Program-made: the position numbers and the translations under genes
Notes under the pieces: generated by a model
The model's database searches: none
Told to the model about the DNA's origin: nothing
What the model saw: only the letters and a program-made list of their open reading frames with translations
Part shown: positions 54,642 through 64,000 of the stretch, piece after piece
Position numbering within the stretch: position 1 is the stretch's first letter
Layout of the letters: every line of letters starts with the position of its first letter
NCBI GenBank assembly: GCA_964016885.1
Contig: OZ024745.1
Coordinates: 129,208,001 to 129,272,000 of the forward strand
Origin: Eledone cirrhosa
Lineage: Eukaryota
Direction: 5' to 3'
DNA: 64,000 nucleotides

Positions 54642-57600
54642 TTACAGATACGAACTCAGAGTAGGCCCATTCACTCGGGCCATACCTGCTTCTTTCACCC
54701 ATCTTTCAACAAAATGCTTGGAAGAGAGCACTTCCCTCTCTACTCTGATTTTCCTTTTCAAATGAAATTTGAAAAAGTCAATCAGGGCATCACCGAAGAG
54801 GTAAGTGCTCGTCTTCAGCCCTTTCAAACGTGTCCACCATACTATCTCTTTCGCCATGGCCACCAGACAGATAAAAACTGCATGCCCTTCCCGGCTAAAT
54901 GAAGAGGGCGGGGCAATCCTCACGATGGACTCAGATGATAGCCGGATCCGTCCTACACGCGACAGCAGGTGTTCGACATAAACCCACAAGTCAGCAATTT
55001 TCGGACACTGGACGAGTGCGTGCAGGACGGTTTCGTCGCCCTACGCGCATCTCGGACATGCCCGGCTGACGGTACCTCCATGCCTGTAGAGTTTATCCCG
55101 AACTGGCAAGGCTCCTCGGTAGCACTGCCAGGCCAGAGATTTCTGGAAGTTGTCCATAGGCCCCGGCCCGAAAGTTCTTCCGAAGAGATTGGCTAGTTGA
55201 TTTTCGTCGACGCCTAGAGTTTCCCCAAGTACGTCGTCGCTCTTCCCCTCCACTAATCTTCTATAGAACGCCGAGGTGGAGTTTCCATCGATCACATTGC
55301 CCGATTGGTCGAGGGCTGTGAGCGCCTGAAGACATTCCAGTCTCCAGGCGCTCCCTCTCGGCCTTCGCTTGACCCAGGACTGCAGCTCCGTCAAGGAGAC
55401 GAGCTGGGGAAATACGTGTCTAGCAAACGGCGACCACACCTGATCACCGTCGAGGAAGAGGTGGAGATGTCGTAGCCTGAGTACGTGTCTGCGCATCATC
55501 AGCCACGGCATGCCCAGCCCTCCACGTAGCGGGTGTTGACAGCAGATGGACCGCCTGACCATCGGAGCGCGTCCCTTCCACAAAAAGCGAAAGAGAAAAC
55601 GCTCCAGCGAGGTCAGGCGGAGCTTAGGACAAGGTACGACGGTCAGGCGGTAGCAGATGACAGACGCGATGTACGCGCTAGCCACCTCCGCCCGACCTTT
55701 CTGGGATAGCTTCCTCTCCGCCCATTTCTGGGTGAGAGAAGCCACCCTGCTCGTCACCTCGTCCCAGTTTTTGTCCGTCTGGAGGTCCGGACCGAACCAG
55801 ACCCCTAGCAATTTAACCGGCCCGTCCGTCCAGCGTCCGACGACGCTGTTGGACGGCATGGACCTGCCTCTCCAGGTGCCGAGCTGCAGGCCCACTGACT
55901 TTTCCTGGTTGATCATTGCTCCTGTCACCACTTCGTATTCTCTTAGTGTAGTGCCGATCACCTCGATGTGTTTGGCGTTCGACACCACTACGGTGACATC
56001 GTCCGCATATGCTGACACGGATCTTCCGCATCCTAGTTCGCGCGGGACGCCCCTCAACGTCTCCAGTTTGTGCAGTAATGGCTCGAGAGTCAATACGTAC
56101 AAGAGGGACGAGAGGGGACATCCTTGGCGGACCGAGCGCATGATGTTGAACGGTTCCGAAAGGTGACCGTTCACTCTCACCACAGAGAAGATGTTGCTGT
56201 GCATGGCAGCGATCCAGCCTCTGAAGACGGGCTCAAAGCCAGCCGCCCTCAGGACTGCCGCCAGGTAACGATGGTCGACCCTATCGAAAGCTTTCGACTG
56301 ATCTAAATTGATCAAGGACCCACCCGTGCCAGGTTCCCTAGCTACCCTCTCTACGATGTATCGCATGAGGTGGAGGTTGTCGTGGATGGATCTGTCGGGA
56401 ATGGCGCACGTCTGCGCCTCTCCCACCAGACCACCAACGACAAGCGCCAACCTCTTTACTAGCACCTTGGCCAAAATCTTGAACTCTGTGTTTAGCAGAG
56501 TTATGGGCCTGAAATTGTCTATGTTATCCCCCTTGTTCGGATCCTTTCTCAGCAGTGCCACCGCTCCTCGGCTCACAGAGCTGGGAATTTTCCCGTTCTG
56601 TTGCCAGTTGCAGTAGACGTCCGCCAAGAGGCCTCCGAAAAAGTTATGGCATCTGTACGTAAAGTTCATAGGGCAGACCATCCAAACTAGGCGATTTACC
56701 CCATGTGTAGCCAGTCATTGCCTTCCGTACTTCAGCGGCTGTTATCGGCTTTTCGCAACACTCCGCCTCAGTGGCCGAGAGCCGCGGCAGTCCGTCGAGG
56801 TAGACACTAAAGTCCATCCCTCGACCCGGCCCACCGCTGCCCCCGAACAGCTGAGCGAAGTGTCGCTGAAAAGCTTCACACATTTGCCCGGGATCGAGTA
56901 GCATGCGCTCGTCGTGGTCCACCAAAGACCGGATCGTGGCTTTGTTGCCACGACGCGCCTCCGCCACTCGGGCCCATTGAACTGCTTTTGTCCCCTCGTC
57001 TATGAGAGCACGCACCCTAGCTCTGACAACGCAACCTTCGTGCTTTGCATTGAAGAATTGGTCAAGGGCCAATTTCGCCGCAAGCACGTCGGTCGCGATG
57101 CCTTTGCTAAGCGTCTCGTCTAATTTTCTAACTAGTTCTCCCTCTGCTCTATTATTTTCTATTGCTAAAGCCTTACTAAACCTAATGGACTCTATTCTAA
57201 TCGCTCTTTTCAGAGCAAACCACCACTTGTTGTTGACGATGGCCCCCGTCAACGCCCGCTTAACTAGTTCGCTAATCCGGTCTCTGTAGGCCTTGCGCGC
57301 TGGTAAGGACGCGTTTAGCTTCCAGTAGCCGGGTCCTCGTCTATCAAGCCTATCTAAGTCAAGCACACAGATCACGAATTTGTGGTCCGTGTAGCTGACT
57401 ATCTTGAATTGTGGACAGCCTATGCTAGACCTATCTATTTCCCTACAAAATACTCTATCTAGATATGATCTGGATGACCCTATCGATTTGTCCAAGTCCA
57501 CATTGGCACATTCGGGAAATCCAATCGGTACCTGTCAGACAGTTCAAAACGCCTGAGCAGGTTGGTGAGGATCTTGCACCCTCCACCCCTATCCGCTAAT

Positions 57601-58061
57601 CCCACACAGTCCCAGCGTGCATCTAAGATCCCGTTCCAGTCGCCCACTAACACTAAAGAGCGGGACGTTCCAAGAAAGGTCTCCAGACGCCGGAAGAAAT
57701 CAGGCCGCCCTGCTCCTGTCGGCGCATAGACGGCCACTAGCCTGAAAGCTTGCCCGTCTCCGCTGGTCACGTCCAGCACCACGAACTTACCCTCTGGGTA
57801 CAGGAAGATGGCCCGTATGGCGAGATCCAAACCTCTCCGAAAAAGCACAGCAACTCCTCCCCCCGATCCAAGACGGCTGGGAGATGCGTACACATCGTAG
57901 CCGCCGAAGATCGGTGCGAAGGCCCGTGCTTCGGAGATTTTGGTCTCGCTGATGGCCACTACATCTATGTTTAGTGACCTGAGGTCGTTGAGTAGTTGAC
58001 CCTTATACCATGACGACCCCAAGCCACGTGCATTTATGCTCCCTATTCTGAGTGAGGTCAT
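54642..58061 (-). pseudogene. LINE ORF2 (APE endonuclease, reverse transcriptase, zinc finger) with two frameshifts and one nonsense codon
   Basis: SINARGL, ISETK, VYAP, VGDWN, LDRVF, YTDHK; RPITLLN, LDQSKAFDRVDH, VRQGCPLS, AYADDV; CPRCA*GDETVLHALVQC. Frameshifts near 57490 and 56660, TAG at 55041-55043. Confidence 0.92.
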
Positions 58062-58096
58062 GTTTAAAATGGAGTGGGAAAGATGGGAAAGACCAC

Positions 58097-59146
58097 TTAC
58101 CGTACTTTTCGTAGAGGAAGGATGGTTTCTCCATCCCTTTTCACTTGATCGTCTGGTGAAGCGACCGTTGAATCGTCCCTTCGGCTGGTCGTTGACTCTT
58201 CTATGAGTATGTCCGAATATACTCTCCGGTTGAGAGTCCCTCCTAGGTCTCTGAAATCACCAACTGCGTTGGGGAATTTCGTTTTAATGTTTGTGTAATG
58301 TTTCTGTGCTGTTTTTACCAGTCTTATGTTCGTTGGCGTTTTGATTGGTGGTGGTATTATATAGTCGTGCTGTGAAATGTCTGTGTGTTCAATTATGTAG
58401 GTCATTAGTTTCTTGTTGTGTGTATTTATTGCTGTGCATTTGTTTTTCTGGGGGTGCGGTGTGGTTCTGCTATTTTCTTGTCGTTATTGCTGGGTGTGTG
58501 TGTTTTGTTGTTGTGTTTGCGATGTTGGTGCTTGTGGTGGTGGTGTTGAAGGTGTTGTTGTTGTTGGCGGTGGGGTTGTCGCCGGTGGTGATGGTGGTGC
58601 TAGTGTGGGTGGTGATGGTGTTCGTGGTGTTGCTGCTGTGAGTCTCTTTGCAGTAGCCTTTACCCTTTTTTCATTTCTTTCCTCCCTTTTCGAAGGCGAC
58701 GATGCGCTGCTTCTGCGTTTGTGCCTTCTTACGACCTTTTGCCATCCCTCTCCCACCTCACACTCCATGTCTGATTCTGTGAGGTCGGGGAGGGGTACCA
58801 GCTCCACTCTTTCACTTGTTGTTGTTGGTGATGTTTGCAGTGGAGTCTCTGTTGCAGCTGCATTTGGTATTACTGTTGTCGTTAATACTTCCACTGCTGC
58901 TGCTGTTCTTGATTTCCGTGGCGTGGGTATGGGTGCCACGGACCTATCGTTCCTGGTTGCCGCTTGTCCTGTTGCTGGTAGCCGAGGAGCCGGTTTCGGA
59001 AGGAGGGGGGTTTTCTCCTTTCTCAGGGTCTTCTCGTTGCAGAAGGCCCTGAGGTGAGTCTTCGATCCACAGCGAAAGCATTTCGGACGTTTGCCCTCAA
59101 CGCTTATGGGCTGTTGCTGTGGTTGTTGTTGTTGTTGTTGTTGTTT

Positions 59147-59178
<32 letters not shown>

Positions 59179-59544
59179 AATGCTGTTGTTGTTTATGCTG
59201 CTGCTGATGCTGTTTCAGCTGCTACTGTTGTTTTCCTTGTCACTGTTGCTGCTGCTGCTGTTATTACGGCTGCTACTGCTATTATTCATGACGTCAGACG
59301 AATGAAATGCGTTTTCGTATTTACTGCACACCTTTTTCGTCATTGTCGTCGTCGTGGAGAAATGTTCCATGATTTTCACGTGATTTTTCTTGACTGGCGT
59401 CGCTTGCGAAAGAGAAAGGAGGGAGAGAGACACATTTAGAGAAGGGAGGGAGAGAGACAATCTTCTCTCTGCTGTAGTGACGATTGAGGAAGAAGAAGAC
59501 GGAATAAGTGGGAGTGACCTATGAAAATTCTTTTTCGTGGTCAT
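58097..59544 (-). pseudogene. LINE ORF1 remnant with CCHC zinc knuckle
   Basis: The reverse complement of ~59030-59110 gives PISVEGKRPKCFRCGSKTHLRAFC (CX2CX4HX4C), with low-complexity flanks. Confidence 0.7.
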
Positions 59545-59759
59545 GTTTTTTTTTTGTTTAAAATAAATATTGGGCACAATACCCCAATAAGCGGTTATTT
59601 AACCCCGAAGGGCCAAATAACGGACAGAAAGACCCCTCTCACGAGGAGGAGGGTGTTTTTGTCTACAATTTGGTTAAAGTTTTAAACAATTTACAATTGT
59701 TATAGCGGTCAAAATTTACAATACCTTACAGAGCCGAGCCTCCGTCAACCATGCCATTC

Positions 59760-59818
<59 letters not shown>

Positions 59819-60029
59819 GGAAAACTTTTCCATAGGGGATCGAGAAGGAACCACATCAAAGTTAAATAAGATACTGAATACATTAGTAGAGAAGATACAT
59901 ATTTATTTCAAAGAGAAATGACTTCTACGAGACTAGAACTGTTTCCTTTGTTTGAAATCAAGGCCATCCTGCTGGTTTGAAACGGATGAAAGAGTTCTGT
60001 CTCTATAGAAGTCGTTTCTATATTATATA

Positions 60030-60925
60030 TTGAAAACGAGTCGCTGGTGGCGGAGAGCAATACGGCCACCAGATATGATGGGTTTTTTACGATATAAGCG
60101 GGTTCTTGCCAGACGAATAAGGAAATCCGGACGTACAGTAGTAAACTATTAGGGGATATGGAGCAATGAGTGATACTGTTTGGTCTCAAGAAAACTCTCA
60201 CCACCCAGTGATGTAGCTACGTCGAGGCGAGTAAAGGCTACTTCTATATAAACCTAAACTTCGCCGATCTGAAAAAAGTACCGAATAGGTGACTGGCGCT
60301 AATAGGACCACCAAAACACTGCATTGTGTTAACAAAGGGTATGAAAGGGAGTAAACCTTGACAATTGATAACTGGAACCTTACAAACCTTACATGTAAGG
60401 AGATGGAACAGGTGGAGGAGGCCAGATGCTACCGGAATGATACAGTCAGGTTTTTCTCAACGAAGATTTACGGCTCTTGTACTGTAGATTTGAATAAAGG
60501 ATGGAAACCCCACTATTCTTGTGTGGTGCCAGAAATGGCTGCATAAGCGGGAGAACTCACAAGCCCTCGGCTGTCAGAATGCATTATGGATTGGATCCCA
60601 TTGGAAATGAGGATTTGCCTCTTGAAACTTAGGCTGAATGAAGGGTCTCTGTGTGCGTTGCAACTATATGCGCCAAACAGAGTCCGAATATATTCTTCCT
60701 TGAAGAAGTTACTGCAGTGTTAGATGTAGTTAAGACTGACTGAATTATATATATAGTTGGGAGACCTCAATGCACATGTTGGAACTGACACCCCGTCATG
60801 GAATGAAGTGATCGGAAAAACGGTGATCCCGATCTAAATATGAATGGAGATGCATTATTAGACTTCTGTTTTAGTAATGGGCTCTCTAAAATGAACACCT
60901 TCTGACACAAATACATCTATACATA
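60030..60925 (+). mobile_element. Degenerate RTE 5' UTR and APE endonuclease
   Basis: WNLTNLTCKEMEQVEEA..., YAPN, GDLNAHVG, NGDALLDFC motifs across broken frames. Confidence 0.7.
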
Positions 60926-61164
60926 TTGATGGTCTGAGGTGAGAAGGGGAAAGGGATCAACACTTGATAAGGAAGCTTACAAAGCCTAGCTTGAAAATAA
61001 GTCTTCTTCCTTGCATAGTCTAGGGCCCATTGATAACTACTAGAAATCCCTGTCCTGATAGTGCTACTTCGGAGCATTGCCAATTCCAGATGAAATCTAA
61101 AGGCATGGAAGTGCCGTCAGCCGGGTCTGTCCGAGATGCGTGCAGGACGACGAAACCGTAACCA

Positions 61165-61508
61165 TGAAATGCAAAGCTAACTGACACTCACTGAATGTGT
61201 TAGCTTTGCGTTTCATCCTTACTGGGTCGATAAAATAAAGTACCAGTAATGTACTGGAGTCAATTCAATCGATTTTTTTCTCTCCTTCAAATTTCTGGCC
61301 TTGTGCCTAAATCAGAAAGCATTACTATCGTAGATTGGCAGTATCGGTAGAGGGTCGGACGCCATGCTTTGAGTTACGGCCCTTGCCATTCTGAGTTCAA
61401 ATCCCGCCGAGGTTAACTTTGCCTTTCATCTTTACGGGGTCGATAAAATAAAGTACCAGTAATGCACTGGGTATTTGCTGGCCTTGTGCCAAACGTCGAA
61501 ACAATTAT
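61165..61508 (+). mobile_element. 5'-inverted partial SINE plus full SINE
   Basis: Hairpin ATGAAATGCAAAGCTAAC / GTTAGCTTTGCGTTTCAT at the truncated SINE start, then a second copy at 61330-61508. Confidence 0.8.
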
Positions 61509-61869
61509 TAATAATGGCTTTTCTCCGCCATCATCGTTCTTCTTCATGATAGGACATTATTGCTATGAGAAAGAATTCCAGAAACAGATGCTGCCACAAT
61601 TGGTACCGCTGGAGTGGGAGTGTGGGGGGTGGCTGCCGGATTAGGCGGTACAGATGCTGCCACACTTGCTACCGCCGGAGTGGGATGTGTGGGGGTGTCG
61701 GATTAGGCGGTTATCCACTCACCATCCGACAATCTACTTTTCTTTATTACACATAATGAAGACATTTGCCTTTGAACAAAGAACACCATTGTTGATTATC
61801 AACTGTAGTAGTAGTAGTAGTAGCAGCAGTAGTAGTAGTAGTAGTAGTAGTAGCAGTAGCAGCAGCAGC

Positions 61870-61906
<37 letters not shown>

Positions 61907-61941
61907 AAACTGTTGCTGTTTTCTACATATTCTGATACTGA

Positions 61942-62655
61942 GGTGGTGGTGGTGGTGGTGGTGGTGGTGGTGGTGGTGATGGTGGTGGTGGTGGTGGTGG
62001 TGGTGGTGGTGGTGGTGGTGGTGGTGGTAATGATAACGTTGATGATGTTAGTAATTAGTAGTGTTGACAGTGATGTTAATGATGATGAAGGGTGAGGTGG
62101 AATCGATGGTGGTGGTGGTGGTGGTGTTGGTGGTGGTGTTGGTGGTAGTGGTGTTGGTGGTGGTGTTGGTGGTGATGGTGGTGGTGGCGGTGGTGATGGT
62201 GGTGGTGGTGGTGGTGATGGTGGTGGTGGCGGTGGTGGTGGTGGTGGTGGTGGTGGTGGTGGTGGTGATGCTGTTTATGGTGGTGGTGGAGGTGGTGGTG
62301 GTGGTGGTGGTGGTGGTGTTGGTGGTGGTGTTGGTGGTGGTGGTGTTGGTGGTGATGGTGGTGGTGGCGGTGGTGATGGTGGTGGTGGCGGCGGCGGTGG
62401 TGGTGGTGGTGGTGGTGGTGGTGGTGGTGGTGGTGGTGGTGGTGGTGGTGGTGGTGGTGGTGGTGATGCTGTTTATGGTGGTGGTGGAGGTGGTGGTGGT
62501 GATGCTGTTTATGGTGGTGGTGGTGGTGATGGTGGTGGTGATGTTGTTTATGGTGGTGGTGATGGTGGTGATGTTGTTTATGGTGATTGTGATGGTGGTG
62601 GTGGTGATGTTTGTGCTAGTGGTGGTGGTGATGTTGTTTGTAGTGATGAGGGTGG
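61942..62655. repeat. (GGT)n-rich microsatellite
   Basis: Degenerate GGT array. Complementary (ACC)n array at 47840-48250. Confidence 0.95.
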
Positions 62656-63497
62656 GGTAGAAATCCTACCGGCGAAGGAAGGAGATGATAAGACAGACCA
62701 TTGCTGGCTGCTTTTATAAGTTAAGGGGTGGGGCTTGTTGCATTTAATGGGTACTTGTGACACTTTTGGGTGTCTGGAGGTATATGTTTGGTCCTAGCTA
62801 ATGAGACCAAATGAGTATGTATCCACACGCATGCGCACACACATACGTAGACACCCAGATGCACACATATACTCATACCTATGTACACACGTGCATAACA
62901 CACACACGCCCACACAACACATGTACAAGACACCCACTACATATAGTACACACAGTACAGACACACAGACACACAGACACACAGACACGCACATACACAT
63001 ATATATACTCATACTTATGTACACACACGTGCATAATACACACAGCCACACAACACACATACATTTACCATAAACACTCACAAAACACACACTACACACA
63101 GTATACACAGTACACACACACAGACACACAAAAGCACACACATACTTCTACCTATGTACACACACCCACTACACACACTACACACCAATACACGCAGTAC
63201 ACATACATAGACATACAAAAGCGCACACTTACTTCTACCTATGTACACACACAGGACACCCACTACACGCAGTACAAACAGTTCACATACATACACACAA
63301 ATACCCACATATACATTCACCATAAACGCACACAACACACCCCCACATAACGACACACACACACAAACGCACTAGAACATACACTATCATAAATGTAACA
63401 TAAGTGTACACATGTAATACGTTCTTTAAAGTATCTGACTTCATTTATGTCGATAAAAATACACGAGGTTAAGATGATAACTTAAACCGTGGAGTTG

Positions 63498-63785
63498 CAG
63501 ATCTGTCCTGACACACCAGATCTGTTGACACACCAGATCTGTTGACACACCAGATCTGTCCTGACACACCAGATCTGTCCTGACACACCAGATCTGTTGA
63601 CACACCAGATCTGTTGACACACCAGATCTGTCCTGACACACCAGATCTGTCCTGACACACCAGATCTGTTGACACACCAGATCTGTCCTGACACACCAGA
63701 TCTGTCCTGACACACCAGATCTGTTGACACACCAGATCTGTTGACACACCAGATCTGTTGACACACCAGATCTGTTGACACACCA
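63498..63785. repeat. 17/19-bp minisatellite
   Basis: Units GACACACCAGATCTGTT and GACACACCAGATCTGTCCT, ~16 copies. Confidence 0.95.
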
Positions 63786-63817
63786 TTAATGAGGTTCCAT
63801 TAATGAGGTTCCATTAA

Positions 63818-64000
63818 TGGGGCGGTAGATTGGCACTATCTGTAGAGGGTCTGACGCCATGCTCTGCAGCAAGGAGTTACGGCCCTTTATGGTTTGATTT
63901 CAAATCCCGCCGAGGTTAGCTTTGCTTTCACCCTTACGGGGTCGATGAAATAAAGTACCAGTAATGCACTGGGTAATTGCTGGCCTTGTGCCTAAAGTAG
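63818..64000 (+). mobile_element. tRNA-derived SINE (runs to window end)
   Basis: Family consensus. Confidence 0.9.

Noticed and set aside
55657-57289. Plus-strand ORFs opposite LINE ORF2
   Set aside because: Antisense shadows of a GC-rich coding strand.

Overview
Repeat-dominated, AT-rich eukaryotic DNA with no recognisable host gene. The SINE families and microsatellite density suggest an octopod cephalopod (inference). Almost every ORF in the supplied track is a microsatellite or satellite artefact. The real coding remnants are all retrotransposon-derived: a near full-length but disrupted Tx1/L1-clade LINE (54.4-59.8 kb, minus), three tandem Tx1 3' fragments, a 5'-truncated R4/Dong-like element, RTE fragments and three Penelope-like (PLE) RT fragments. 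The main unexplained structure is about 25 short non-coding inserts, mostly inside (TA)n tracts, that carry complete or partial type I hammerhead ribozyme (HHR) motifs. Many are fold-back palindromes with arms up to 205 bp whose turning point lies at or inside the ribozyme. They include U3-A8 core variants, very long stem II variants, palindromic stem III (dimer-type) forms and a terminally redundant 484-bp retrozyme-like unit. Two of these families link directly to PLE RT remnants in the window. All folds were read by eye and coordinates may be off by a few bases.
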